Shown piece after piece: positions 36,484-47,600 of a stretch of 64,000 nt of DNA. The stretch spans positions 55,730 to 119,729 of the forward strand of contig JAZDJR010000018.1 of the NCBI GenBank assembly GCA_043803815.1, read 5' to 3'. Below the pieces are notes generated by a model. The model ran no database searches and was not told the origin of the DNA. It saw only the letters and a program-made list of their open reading frames with translations. The stretch comes from Candidatus Micrarchaeota archaeon. Its GTDB lineage: Archaea > Iainarchaeota > Iainarchaeia > Iainarchaeales > JAGVWC01. The position numbers were made by a program, and so were the translations under genes. Position 1 is the first letter of the stretch; every line of letters begins with the position of its first letter.

Positions 36484-37917
36484 TTATTGGTTGGGCGAAA
36501 GCACGGAATCCAGTTCGGTTTGGATTGCAACCGCATCCGTTACCGCTGTTCTGCGCGTGGTAAACTGCACCACGACATGCACCGAATTGTTCACATCGGT
36601 TCCGGGAACCACGCGGCCGTCAATTGTTCCGCCGGGAACGCTGAACACGGCGTTGGAATCGGATAATTCGGTTGCGTTAAACGTTGCCTGCTGAAACACG
36701 GTCACGGTTTGCGCGTCGTGCCACAAAGCCGCTTTGAGTTGGTCTGCGGTTTGCTTTGAAACCAACGGCAAATCCGAATTCAGCTTGAGGGCGCCTTGGA
36801 TTTGCACGCCGGGCAAAAATACCGCCTTGTCCAAAGCCACAGAAACGCTTTGCAAATAATCCAAGACTTTTTCCCGGTATGACAGCCATTCCGCCTTATT
36901 GGAGTGAACATCAATCGTGGCTTGGTAGGGCAACTGGTTTGTATACGCCTGCACGGGATTAGTTGGGTTAATCGTTGCCAAAAACGCGAGGAACGCGGGG
37001 ACATCCAGCTGCGCGTTCACGGAAAAACGCAGATGCGAATCCGGCCGAACCGAAACGGGAAACAACTGAATTCCGGGAACCGTGCTGAGTTTTTCTTCCC
37101 AAAACGCGGCATTGGCGTCTTGGTTTGAATCCGGCAAATAATCCGCCTGAATAATCAGTCCCAAGTTAGGGGCCAGTTCGGCAACAGCCAGATCAACGGA
37201 AGCCAAACGGCTCACGGATTTGGTGTTTTCGTTCGAGTTTTGAATTTCAAACGCCTGCACGGACTGCAGATTCGAACCGGTCAAGGAAACCTGCAATTGA
37301 ACCTGCAAAGAATCGTTGGTCAGAGTCAAAAAATCCAGCTTGGCCGGAACCAGCTGGGTGTCAAACGTGTAATCCCTTGAAACATTAAGGTCCTGATTGG
37401 CCAGATTCACGGTTTTGGGAATCTCGACAAAACCGTTTTTTACAAACGAAAATGAACCCAATACTCCCGCAGTCTTTTCGGTTAATGCGGAAGTAAGCGC
37501 TTCAAAAGTGGTTTTTTTGCCGTCAAACGAAATCTCGGCATAATAAACAAAACCTTGTCCTTGCATCTGAACACGCGAGCTCAACTGGCGAATACCCGAA
37601 ACCGCCGAAACCAAGGCATCAATTTTTTGGATGTCAACTTCGCTTGTTTGTGCAACCAAAGTAAACGACGGCAGCAGGCTTTTTACTTTCGCGGGCACTA
37701 CCGCGGTATAGGTTAGCGGCGTTCCTTCGGTATTGGACAGCGGCGCAGTCGAACCGTTCGGATTCGAGGAGCCGTTATCGCTATTGGATAACAAAGCAAA
37801 CGCAATCGTGGAACCCACCATAATGACGACAATGGCCAGGGCGAAAATCTGGGTGCCGCTGAGTTTTTTGGACCAAACGGATTCCTTAGAATTTTTTTTG
37901 ACTGTATTTTTGGCCAT
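36484..37917 (-). CDS. Membrane-anchored extracellular hypothetical protein
   Basis: Basic N-terminus, TM segment IFALAIVVIMVGSTIAFALL, large beta-rich domain. Confidence 0.75.
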   Translation of the reverse strand: MAKNTVKKNSKESVWSKKLSGTQIFALAIVVIMVGSTIAFALLSNSDNGSSNPNGSTAPLSNTEGTPLTYTAVVPAKVKSLLPSFTLVAQTSEVDIQKIDALVSAVSGIRQLSSRVQMQGQGFVYYAEISFDGKKTTFEALTSALTEKTAGVLGSFSFVKNGFVEIPKTVNLANQDLNVSRDYTFDTQLVPAKLDFLTLTNDSLQVQLQVSLTGSNLQSVQAFEIQNSNENTKSVSRLASVDLAVAELAPNLGLIIQADYLPDSNQDANAAFWEEKLSTVPGIQLFPVSVRPDSHLRFSVNAQLDVPAFLAFLATINPTNPVQAYTNQLPYQATIDVHSNKAEWLSYREKVLDYLQSVSVALDKAVFLPGVQIQGALKLNSDLPLVSKQTADQLKAALWHDAQTVTVFQQATFNATELSDSNAVFSVPGGTIDGRVVPGTDVNNSVHVVVQFTTRRTAVTDAVAIQTELDSVLSPNQ

Positions 37918-38102
37918 AGAGCATCCCGACAAAAATTGGCTTCCGAAAAAAAACTGATACCAAGTTCTTTTTACTTTAAACTATTGAAAACAAAATTGAA
38001 TAAAAAAGGGTGGTTTTGGTTAGGACAAGGCCTTAAAAATGCTTTCGGACGAAAAGTGCATAATACGGTTTTTGAACTTATTAATCATTAAAGGACGTTA
38101 AA

Positions 38103-38870
38103 ATGACTTCCAGCGAATCCGACACCAAACCAAGCCAAGCGACTGCCAAACCAAAAGTACTGCCCGTTGTTCTCGTGGATTACACTGGAACCGACCTGGT
38201 CAGCGGACAATTGTTTGAATCGACCAATGCCAAACACGCGCAGGAAGGAAATATTTTTAATCCGCGGATTACCTACAAACCCGTGCCGATTATTTTAGGC
38301 ATGCACGAACTGATTCCGGCTTTGGAAAAAGAACTCGAACAGATGAACGAAGGCGAAACCAAAACCGTCCAATTGGAGCCCAAAGAGGGGTACGGCGAAC
38401 GAAACCCGGACAAAATCCGGATTTTGTCCCTCAAGGATTTTCGCGAACAAAAAATGAATCCCGTACCTGGGCTCATCATCGAAGCCGACGGAATGCAGGG
38501 CAAAGTCCAGTCTGTTTCCGGCGGGCGCGTGCGATGCGATTTTAACCATCCGCTGGCAGGAAAAAAAATCCGGTACGAAATTACCATGAGAAAAAAAATA
38601 ACCGAGCCGAAAGAAAAAGTCTCCATGCTACTAGCCAAATTTTTTCCCACCACGCCGGTTGAAAACATAACGGTCAAGGATAACGAAGCCGTCATTGAAC
38701 TGCCAAGCGAACTGGACTCAAAGCCAGAAGCCGAAATCCTAAAAAAAGTTTTTGAAAGAATGCTCAAAGAGCATGTCGGGTTTTCCAAAGTCGAATTCGC
38801 AAAACCCAAAACCGAAAAAAAGGACACGGCAGAAAAGGATTCCAAAGACGAAAAAACCGATTCGGAATAA
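38103..38870 (+). CDS. FKBP-type peptidyl-prolyl isomerase (long archaeal type)
   Basis: VDYTG, LIPALEKEL, PKEGYGER, GGRVRCDFNHPLAGK. Confidence 0.93.
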   Translation: MTSSESDTKPSQATAKPKVLPVVLVDYTGTDLVSGQLFESTNAKHAQEGNIFNPRITYKPVPIILGMHELIPALEKELEQMNEGETKTVQLEPKEGYGERNPDKIRILSLKDFREQKMNPVPGLIIEADGMQGKVQSVSGGRVRCDFNHPLAGKKIRYEITMRKKITEPKEKVSMLLAKFFPTTPVENITVKDNEAVIELPSELDSKPEAEILKKVFERMLKEHVGFSKVEFAKPKTEKKDTAEKDSKDEKTDSE

Positions 38871-38901
38871 TTCAGCGATTTTTTAACCGTTTTTTTGCAG
38901 G

Positions 38902-38953
38902 CGCCGAAAAATAAACTTTGGGTTTTTGATTTCAAAAAAGCGATTTTTCGGCG
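38902..38953. other. Intergenic stem-loop upstream of psmB
   Basis: CGCCGAAAAAT (38902-38912) and ATTTTTCGGCG (38943-38953) are perfect 11-bp inverted repeats enclosing TTTTTGA-TT-TCAAAAA. Confidence 0.45.
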
Positions 38954-39044
38954 ACAGGCCGCTTTTGGCCCTTAAAAACAAGGCTTTTAAAAGGTTTGGG
39001 GTTTATTGGTTATTGAACTTTTACTGTTTTTACAGGTTTTTTTG

Positions 39045-39680
39045 ATGACAGCCAATACACCCGAACTCAAAACCGGCACCACTACGGTCGGCGTAATCGC
39101 AAACGACGCCGTGATTTTGGCCGCGGATATGCGGGCTTCTTTGGGCCACATCGCCTATGACGAAGAAAACGACAAATTAAGCGAAATTACCAAGCATATC
39201 GGCCTGACCAACGCGGGAAGCGTCGGCGACACCATGACCATTGTGCGGTTTTTGCGCTCGCACACCAAAATGTACGAATTGGAACGCGAACACGAAATCT
39301 CGCCCAAAGCCCTGGTCACTTACCTTGCTAATGTTTTAAGCAGCCGGTATTGGGAAGTCCAATATCTGGTCGGCGGATTCGGCGACAAGCCCCAATTGTT
39401 TGAAGTCGCGCCCGGCGGAGCCATTCTGGAAAGAAACAAATACGCGGTCTCGGGCTCGGGAACCGAATTTGCGCTTACCACCCTTGATGTCGGATACAAG
39501 GAAAATCTGTCCCGCGAAGACGCGATTACCCTTGCCATCGCGGCGATTTCAAGCGGCAAAAGACGCGACATTTTTTCCGGCGGACAATCGGTCTCGGTCA
39601 TGATTATCGACCAGAACGGCACCGCCCGCCTGCCCCAAAAACAGGTTGAAAAATACCTGAAAACCAGCAAAAATATATAA
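39045..39680 (+). CDS. psmB: Proteasome beta subunit
   Basis: Propeptide ending KTG/TTTVG, AADMRAS, AGSVGD, GSG, RDIFSG. Confidence 0.95.
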   Translation: MTANTPELKTGTTTVGVIANDAVILAADMRASLGHIAYDEENDKLSEITKHIGLTNAGSVGDTMTIVRFLRSHTKMYELEREHEISPKALVTYLANVLSSRYWEVQYLVGGFGDKPQLFEVAPGGAILERNKYAVSGSGTEFALTTLDVGYKENLSREDAITLAIAAISSGKRRDIFSGGQSVSVMIIDQNGTARLPQKQVEKYLKTSKNI

Positions 39681-39824
39681 CCCATTTTTGCGGCAGCTGA
39701 AAATTATTTTTTTGCCAATTGCCTTCCACTTTTAAAATTATTAGAGAATAGACCGGCTTAAAAAAATTATTTTTGGTTTTTGCCGAACAAAAACCGAAAC
39801 GAATCCGAAAACGGGAAATCGCTT

Positions 39825-41720
39825 ATGGATATCCAAAAAGAAGTCGAATCAATCGTCAATACGGTCCTGCCGCCGCAAACGCAGGTGTCCAAAGTCGAAA
39901 TGGAAGGCCCCGAAGTCGCGATTTACACCAAAAATCCCGGCGCTTTTTTCGAAAACGAAAACCTGGTCGCGCGAATCGCGTTTGAACTCAAAAAACGGGT
40001 GAATATCCGGACCGACAAAAGCCTTTTGGCAGACCCCGAAGCCGCCAGGCAAAAAATACTGGAAATTGTTCCCAAAGACGCGGGCATTGTTGAAATCATG
40101 TTCAACACCCCGTTTTCCGAAGTCATGATTGAAAGTGTGAAGCCCGGCCTGGTCATCGGAAAAGGCGGCGAAACTTCCAAGCGAATTATCATTGAAACCG
40201 GCTGGACGCCGAACATTATCCGCGCTCCGACTTCTCCCAGCGAAATTCTGAAAGGAATCCGCCATCACCAGGTCAAAAACGCCACGGAACGCAAAAAAAT
40301 CCTCCACGAAATCAGCCAAAAAATTTACCGGACCATTGAAAAAAAATCGGATTTCTGGGTGCGCTTGACCGCCCTTGGAAGCTTTCAGGAAATCGGGCGC
40401 TCGTGCATCCTGCTTGAAACCCCGCACTCCAAAATTTTGCTCGACTGCGGAATCAACGTCGCAGTAACCGATTCTCCCTATCCCTATCTTGATTCCGTAA
40501 ATTTTCCCTTGTCCGAACTGGACGCGGTTGTAATCAGCCACGCGCACACCGACCACTCGGGATTTTTGCCTTACCTGTTCCGCATGGGCTACCACGGGCC
40601 GGTGTACTGCACCCTGCCCACGCGCGACCTGATGACCTTATTGCAGTTTGACGCCATCGACATCTGGAGCAAAGAAGGAAAAGAGCCGATTTTCAGCGAA
40701 AAAGACGTCAAGGAAATGCTCAAGTACTGCATTGTGCGCGATTACCGCGAAGTAACGGACATCGCACCCGACATCCGCATGACCTTTCACAACGCCGCCC
40801 ACATTTTAGGCTCCGCGTCGGTTCACCTGCACATCGGCGAAGGCCAGCATAATTTGGTGTACTCCGCGGACATTAAAAACGGGTTTACCCGTTTATTCAA
40901 CAATCTGGATTTGAATTATCCCCGGCTTGAAACGCTTTTAATCGAAGGAACCTACTGCGGCAAGGACGATGTCCAGCCCGACCGCATTTTGCAGGAACAG
41001 GAACTGGTCAGTGCCATCCGCGAAACCGCCAAAATCGGCGGCAATATTTTAATCCCGGTTTTTGCCGTCGGCCGCGCACAGGAAGTCATGCTCACCCTGG
41101 AAGAAGCGTATCGCCGCGGAGAACTGGACGGAATCAAAGTGTACATCGACGGCATGACCAAGGAAGCCAGCGCAATCCACACGGCCTACCCCGAGTTTTT
41201 GCGCCGCGGCGTGCAGCGCAGGATTTTAACCAACGATTCGCCGTTTACCAGCGACTTGTTCCAGATGGTGCAGCACGGCCAGCGCGAAGAAATCCTGAGC
41301 CAAAGCGGAGTCGTCATCATGGCTTCCAGCGGAATGCTCACCGGCGGCGCGTCACTTCATTATTTCAACAAAATGGCGGCGAATGAAAAAAACCTTTTGA
41401 TTTTTGTAGGATACCAAGGGGAAGGCTCCTTGGGAAGAAAACTCCAAAACGGCGTTCAGGACATTCCGATTACCAACGACAAGGGAAAAACCGAAGCATT
41501 GCCGCTTCGCATTCGCCTGGAAAATTTGGACGGGTTTTCGGGACACTCGGATAGAGTTCAACTCGTCAATTACCTGCGCAACTTAAAACCCAAACCCAAA
41601 ATGGTTCTGGTGCATCACGGCAACAAAAACAAGGTCAACCTGTTTGCCCAATTTATCACCCAAAAATTCCAAATCCAATCCAGCGCGCCGCACAACCTGG
41701 ACTCGATTCGCCTGCGTTAG
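39825..41720 (+). CDS. fttA: KH-domain beta-CASP ribonuclease aCPSF1 / termination factor FttA
   Basis: Two KH domains, KPGLVIGKGG, LLDCG, ISHAHTDH, HNAAHILGS, FSGHSD; follows psmB. Confidence 0.96.
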   Translation: MDIQKEVESIVNTVLPPQTQVSKVEMEGPEVAIYTKNPGAFFENENLVARIAFELKKRVNIRTDKSLLADPEAARQKILEIVPKDAGIVEIMFNTPFSEVMIESVKPGLVIGKGGETSKRIIIETGWTPNIIRAPTSPSEILKGIRHHQVKNATERKKILHEISQKIYRTIEKKSDFWVRLTALGSFQEIGRSCILLETPHSKILLDCGINVAVTDSPYPYLDSVNFPLSELDAVVISHAHTDHSGFLPYLFRMGYHGPVYCTLPTRDLMTLLQFDAIDIWSKEGKEPIFSEKDVKEMLKYCIVRDYREVTDIAPDIRMTFHNAAHILGSASVHLHIGEGQHNLVYSADIKNGFTRLFNNLDLNYPRLETLLIEGTYCGKDDVQPDRILQEQELVSAIRETAKIGGNILIPVFAVGRAQEVMLTLEEAYRRGELDGIKVYIDGMTKEASAIHTAYPEFLRRGVQRRILTNDSPFTSDLFQMVQHGQREEILSQSGVVIMASSGMLTGGASLHYFNKMAANEKNLLIFVGYQGEGSLGRKLQNGVQDIPITNDKGKTEALPLRIRLENLDGFSGHSDRVQLVNYLRNLKPKPKMVLVHHGNKNKVNLFAQFITQKFQIQSSAPHNLDSIRLR

Positions 41721-41787
41721 TTTTTGGTCAAGCTTTTGCTTGCAAAAGGTTGCCGTTCACAACCTGGACTCGATACGGCTACGCTAA
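41691..41787 (+). repeat. 30-bp imperfect direct repeat of the fttA 3' end, separated by 37 nt containing a hairpin
   Basis: CACAACCTGGACTCGATTCGCCTGCGTTAG (41691-41720) vs CACAACCTGGACTCGATACGGCTACGCTAA (41758-41787); both encode HNLDSIRLR-stop. Confidence 0.9.
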
Positions 41788-42214
41788 TTCTTGGCTTTGT
41801 TTTTTCCTAAAAAAAACAACCCACCGATTCAACAGGCAAAATTAAACGCATTTTTCAGCGGTAGTTTGCCGATTGCGACTGTTTTAAACCGCGTTCTTTT
41901 CAGGGAAAGAACTTGGAATTCGCGGAGTTTTAAGGTTCACTTTGTTACAGAACAAAAAAAACCGCGATAACTATTTAAGCGGGTTTTGCAATAAACCTAT
42001 CGTCTTTTCGAGGCAAAAAAGTGACGGACGAACACTCCTTTTCGGCAAATTTAGCACAGAACCACCGCATCATTCAATTATGCGAAGCCCTAAAAAAAGG
42101 CGGAACCAAATTGTCGGACCACGAACAAGCCTGCGGAAAACAGCCCTCGAATTCCTAAATTCTCTTTTTCTTTCCAACTTGGCTGCTTTTTAATTCCAAA
42201 CGCCTGAATTGAAT

Positions 42215-42730
42215 ATGCGAATCGTAATAACCGGAACTCCCGCAACCGGCAAAACAAAACTGGCCAAAGAACTCGGAAAAAAACTGAAACTGCCGGTAAT
42301 CAACGAACTTGCGTTCTGCCAAAAAAACCATGTCGGAAAACTGAATCCCAAGACAGGCGAACGCGAAATTCCGGTTCCCGCTTTAACCCGAAAATTGAAC
42401 CGGCTGCTAAAAACAAAAACCCGCTGCATTATCGAAGGCCACGTTGTTTGCGAGTGCAAATTACGGCCGATTGATGCGGTAATCGTCATTCAAAGCCCCC
42501 TAAAAAAACTGGAAAAACGCCTCAAAAAACGCGGTTATTCGGACATCAAGATTTTGGACAATTTGTGGAGCGAAAAAAACGGGTACTGCCTGAAAAAAGC
42601 CCGCCAAAACTACCCGACGGCCTTGGTTTGGCCCCTGTCCGGTCGCAAAGCGTTTAAAACGATTTGCAAACTAATACTAGCAAAAATCAACCGATTAAAA
42701 CAAAAAAGAGGAACCCTTCGTGCAAAGTAA
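42215..42730 (+). CDS. Adenylate kinase 6/Fap7-like nucleoside kinase
   Basis: ITGTPATGKT, IIEGH, LEKRLKKRGYS..KI.DN..SE. Confidence 0.88.
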   Translation: MRIVITGTPATGKTKLAKELGKKLKLPVINELAFCQKNHVGKLNPKTGEREIPVPALTRKLNRLLKTKTRCIIEGHVVCECKLRPIDAVIVIQSPLKKLEKRLKKRGYSDIKILDNLWSEKNGYCLKKARQNYPTALVWPLSGRKAFKTICKLILAKINRLKQKRGTLRAK

Positions 42731-43940
42731 ACAAGCGATTTTAATCAGCCTACTGATGGTACTGGTATTATCAGCGGCGCAGTCTAAAACCATTGCCGAA
42801 CAAACATTTTCAGAACTTGGATTCGCCCAGTTTCAAAACGAAGCCGCTTTGACAACCGCTTGCAATGATTTCGCATTGATTTCCAACGCCAACCAGATTC
42901 AGCCGGGATTTTATTCCGTTCTGTCCCTGCACGTGCAGGCGCTTCCCTTGGCATCGGACGATTCCAGCATCGATGTTTTTTTGAATGATAACCAAACGGT
43001 TTTGGAAACCGCAAAAGCAACGGATTTCAAAAACGGCTGGTGGCGGTTATACCTGCCCAATGAAAAACTCCAGCAAAGCAATGCTGTTCGCGTCTGCCTG
43101 AACACGTCCGCAACGACGACGAAACTGGTTTTGCTTTCGGATTCTTTGTACGGCGTTTACCAACTGCCCGAATTCAAGTCGGGCGATTTTGTCAAAATCG
43201 TTTCCAATACAAACCCGTTAGTCGGACAGGAATTTGACAGCACCGTGACCCTGCACAATTCCGGTTCGGAAGGCGTAGACGTTAATGTATTGTACAAAAA
43301 GCCCGACGTCGAGTTTCGTTATCTTGCGTTTGTCCGCGGCCAAAGCGGATTCTTTGGAAGAATCGAACCCGACCAGACCATTTCGTTTGCGTATACCACC
43401 AAAGCAACCCAGCAGATTCCCGCAACCCTTCCCGCGGCGGTCCTGTTTTACACCAATGAGTGGGGCGAAACCGTGCAATTGGTTTCCAATTATCCCGTAA
43501 TGCGGGTGGAAAACCCGCTAAGCCAAATCGACGCCATTGTGCTGAACAAAAGCAACCAAAAACAATTTGTGGAAAACCAATCGATTCCGTTTCAAATCGC
43601 GGTAACCAACACCGGAATCACGGACGTATCCAATATTTCGATTGTTTTGGACAGCTCCCAAATCCTTAACGAGTGGACCGGCCAGCCATCCGAATTCAAC
43701 GTGGAAATACTCAAAGCGGGAGAAACCAAATACCTCGATTTTTCGGTTACTCCAAACCGCAACGGAAACTTTCAAATCGGCTGCTTGACGCGCTACTTAA
43801 GCGTTCCGATTGTCCAAACATCCTGCCAATCCGCGGAACTTACCGTTGAACCCAAGCCGTTTCCGATCGAATTCATCGCAGGAATCGTTTTGGCCGTGCT
43901 TGCAGTGCTTATTTTTTTGTTTTACCAATACCGAAAGTGA
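42720..43940 (+). CDS. Secreted surface protein with Ig-like (BatD/DUF11/CARDB-like) domains and a C-terminal TM anchor
   Basis: Signal peptide, VTLHNSGS and AVTNTG Ig-type motifs, terminal TM plus YQYRK. Confidence 0.7.
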   Translation: MQSKQAILISLLMVLVLSAAQSKTIAEQTFSELGFAQFQNEAALTTACNDFALISNANQIQPGFYSVLSLHVQALPLASDDSSIDVFLNDNQTVLETAKATDFKNGWWRLYLPNEKLQQSNAVRVCLNTSATTTKLVLLSDSLYGVYQLPEFKSGDFVKIVSNTNPLVGQEFDSTVTLHNSGSEGVDVNVLYKKPDVEFRYLAFVRGQSGFFGRIEPDQTISFAYTTKATQQIPATLPAAVLFYTNEWGETVQLVSNYPVMRVENPLSQIDAIVLNKSNQKQFVENQSIPFQIAVTNTGITDVSNISIVLDSSQILNEWTGQPSEFNVEILKAGETKYLDFSVTPNRNGNFQIGCLTRYLSVPIVQTSCQSAELTVEPKPFPIEFIAGIVLAVLAVLIFLFYQYRK

Positions 43941-43944
43941 CTGC

Positions 43945-44586
43945 ATGGCCGACGACGACACCAGCCTGGAAAAAGCCAATCGAAAAGGAAAAGGATTTTC
44001 CGCAAACCAAATTATTATGGGGTTTCTTTTTATTGTCGGAGTATTGGCCGGCGGAGCGGCCGCGCATTATCTCATCGAGCCGTTTTTGAACAGCCAGTTA
44101 TTGCAAAATTATTCCGCCTGCAACGCGACCAACCAGCGGTTAAACGCGGAAATAAGCGAGTGCCTGCAACAGAACAATACGATTTCAAACCCGACCGGCA
44201 TTTATCGTGTCATCCTAAGCAAATATGAAACCGTTGCAGGAATCGAACTAGCCAGAAAAAATTACTATTCCCTTACGTTGTATTCGTCCGGCAGCATGCA
44301 ATTGAAAATCTATGAAAATAATAGCATTCAAACGCGGGATAAGCCGTTATCAAACCAAACATTTTTGGGTCTTGCCGGCAAAATCAATGAAAACGGGTTT
44401 CTAAACGTGCCTTATCGAGTGGACAACGGCGAACCGATTTATGCAATCACAGTAGAAAATCAGAACGGTTCAAGCGAAAAAACCCTTGAATGCGGCACAC
44501 CGATTGACTCCAATTGCCCAATGGCATTCACCGAAATTCAAAACGAACTCCAAACAATCTGGGGCGAATCGCTTCCCACCGACTAA
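43945..44586 (+). CDS. Membrane-anchored hypothetical protein
   Basis: TM segment IIMGFLFIVGVLAGGAAAHYLI, short coiled coil, beta domain with a Cys pair. Confidence 0.7.
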   Translation: MADDDTSLEKANRKGKGFSANQIIMGFLFIVGVLAGGAAAHYLIEPFLNSQLLQNYSACNATNQRLNAEISECLQQNNTISNPTGIYRVILSKYETVAGIELARKNYYSLTLYSSGSMQLKIYENNSIQTRDKPLSNQTFLGLAGKINENGFLNVPYRVDNGEPIYAITVENQNGSSEKTLECGTPIDSNCPMAFTEIQNELQTIWGESLPTD

Positions 44587-44651
44587 AAAACGACTTCGCT
44601 TTTTGACGAAAATTTTCTGGATTATTACGATTTTTGCGGCACTATCCGTTA

Positions 44652-47600
44652 ATGCTCCCGAAAAGCAAAAACGGGATTGAAACCTTTTTGATTCTGCTTT
44701 TGATTATTTTTTTCAGCGGCTGCCTGTTTTCTTCCGAAGACCAGATCCAGGCGCGGTTTGCCTGCCTTGGATTGTCCAGCCAGGCGTTTGCCTGGGTTCC
44801 GGACTGCGGCAATCAATTCCAGTGCTTTCAAAAAGCGCACGGCCAATTGTTCGATTTTGAGTATTCGGTTTTGTCTTTGGAAAGCCGCCAAGCCATTGAC
44901 CGCTACCAAAATAGCCTCGCCAAAAGCTGGCTTTTTTTCAACAAAAGCCGGGACGATTTGAAAAAATTGCAGGAAGCCTGCGGCTCGTTAGAGGACTTTT
45001 CGCAGTGGCCTTCCTTGGTCAACCAAATCAACCAAGACCTTGCCAACGCGTTTTTGGCTTCCGACGAATCAGGCCAAAACGCGTTTGCCGTTGTTTTGGT
45101 TCTCAAAAACGAATTGCAGGAAGACCAAATCGGCCAAATCAAGGAAGAAAAAATATTTGCCGACTGGATTGAACTGCAGGAAAACGCGAACGCGTTTCAG
45201 AGCCATTCCGCTTCCAACCCGCAGTCCTTGGCGGGAAGGCTTTTTTCAGCCCAGCAGCGCATGGCTAATATGACCGAACAATACGGCATCGGCCCAAAAC
45301 TGGTTTCCTCGCAAAACCTGATGGGTGTTTTGCCCCAGCACAAAAAAGAGATTTTAGACCAATTGCCCAAGACAAACCCGTTTTTTCCCGTAATCGGAAG
45401 TATGGCAATCGACCTTGCCCGGACCATTTCGCAAGGACAATTGGCAGGCAACAGCATTGCTTCCCTGCAAACTTTTCCGGTTTACTCGTTTTTTGAAGTG
45501 TTTTCCGAAATCAACGGAACCGACCACTCGATTGCAAAGGAATTATCGGGAATGGTTTCAGATACCGTCCAAAACAAGTCCGAATTAATCGGCCAAAACC
45601 AAAAAACAAAAAACCGGATTGAAAAAGCCCTTGGCGAAACCGAACAACGGCTAAGCGAATTGCAGTCCCGGCAAAACGGGTTCGAATCCAAAACCGATTT
45701 TTTTGCCTTGCTAAAACAATTGCCCCTGCAAACCGGTTTTGCGCCACAAGGTTTTTCCGTTAACGATGTTTCCAACGCGATTCCAAAACTGTCGGAAAAA
45801 CGGGGGGAACTGTACCGCGATTTTATCCGATTGCAACTCGACGCCGCCACGGGCAAAATAACGCTTGGCCGGCAAACCAAAACCCTCAAAGAAATGGAGC
45901 AACGACAAGCGAGCCTTAACGACAACATCGATTTTATCCAAAACCGCCTTGGAAACGGACTTAGCGCGCTTTGCGCGGAGCGCTTGCAGGCGATTACCGC
46001 AAGCCTAAAAAAAATAAACCCGGATTCCGACACCAAAATCGAACTGGTTGCCAAAACGCGTTTTTTTATCGGCGAATTCAAAAAAAGTACAGCCGTACTG
46101 GAGCAATTGTCCGACTGCAGTCAGGCAATCAAATCGTTTAACAGCCTGCAGTTGTTTGACCAAAACCAGGCGGCGTTTGTTGCCAAGCAAAACAGCGAAC
46201 TTGGGGGCTGCCGGTCTTTTTTGAAAACCGTTTTTGAAAAAAACCCGCCCGAACTTTCCGATTTGCAAATCCAATGGGACCAATTCGTTCAAAACCAAGC
46301 GAATATGTCAATCGAGGACGCACGGAACCGGTGCAATCAGCTTCAAAGCGCAACCGCTCAGCGGGTTATGCAAAGCCCCGATTTTGTGCAGTTGGTTCAG
46401 GCGTTCGGTTCCGCGAGGACGTATTATTCAGGAATCCAAAAACTCAATTTTTACCTGAAAACGCAGGTGCCAACCGCGGAAATCCAAAACCGGTTGGAAA
46501 AACTGTCCGAGTTTTTCCCGAACAACGTTGCCGCGGTTGAAAAAATCGCGGGAAACGAAACGGATATTCTACATAACGCCGACTTGTTTTTGAGCTTGTC
46601 CAAACAACGGTTTTCAGAAGCCTTAAGCGACGCATTAGCCGAAACTGTTGAAATCCAATCCGCCAGCGAACAAGTTGTAATCGCCAACCAAGCCCAAAAT
46701 ACCCTGCACCAAATCGTATTTTTCAACCCGACCACAATAGCATGGAACGAACCAATACTGGTTGAAATTCCGGGAGAGTTTTTGAATTCCGTTTTGCTTG
46801 AAAAATCCCCGAACATCGAAGGGGTGCAATCGCAGGACAAAAAATTGCGAATACGGTTTTCAGCCGTTCCGCCGGGAGTTTCGCAGGCAACAGTCCAATC
46901 CGAATTCTGGCCAACCACCACAGAAGAAGACGAATTTTTCCGGCCGGCCGAATATTTTGTCTGGAGCCAAAAAAAGATTTTCATACAATTACCATCGCAA
47001 ATCGGGCGCCTTCAAATCCAAACCAATCTTGGCCAACTGCCGGTCAATTCCGTTGTGGTACTGTTTCACAGGACCGAAATTCCGTTTGACCTGCAGGGAC
47101 AATCTATCCGTTTTGAACTGCAAAATGTCTCGCCAAACGAATTTGCGACGGTTTTTTTTGGCGTCCAAAACCCGGTTTTGGTCCAGCTGGAAACAACCGC
47201 GGACGAGACAGGAATCCGCATGCGGGGAACAGTCCAAAACCGGTTAGCGGCAAAACTTGAAAAAATCCAAATCAACATTCCGATGCCCGGCGGGTTTTTC
47301 GAGAACATAACAGCTGAACTGGACGGAAAAAAGATTTCCGTGCAGGACTTTTCCGGACAATCGCAAATCGAAATCCCCGCATTGGAACCCAAACAAACCG
47401 CAACGCTTCAGGTGGCCGCGGCAACCGACAACGCGGCTTTGGCGGTGGAAGCGGTTTTTAACCAGACCAAACAAACACTTGAACAAATCGCACTCGACCC
47501 CAATCCCAAAATCAAAAACCAGGCAGAGGAATTGCTGGTTCAATTGCTGAAAATTTCGGATTTTTCAAATTCAACGGCGGCCAAAACGATTTTTGAAATC

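Noticed and set aside
41691-41787. Diversity-generating retroelement VR/TR interpretation of the fttA-end repeat
   Set aside because: Only 30 bp, two of five differences are not at template adenines, all changes are synonymous, and there is no reverse transcriptase in the window
42021-42158. 45-codon GTG ORF upstream of AK6
   Set aside because: Short, with no motif or homology I can recognise; may be real but is unsupported
45678-45689. tRNA T-arm-like GGGTTCGAATCC
   Set aside because: Lies inside a long CDS and has no surrounding cloverleaf
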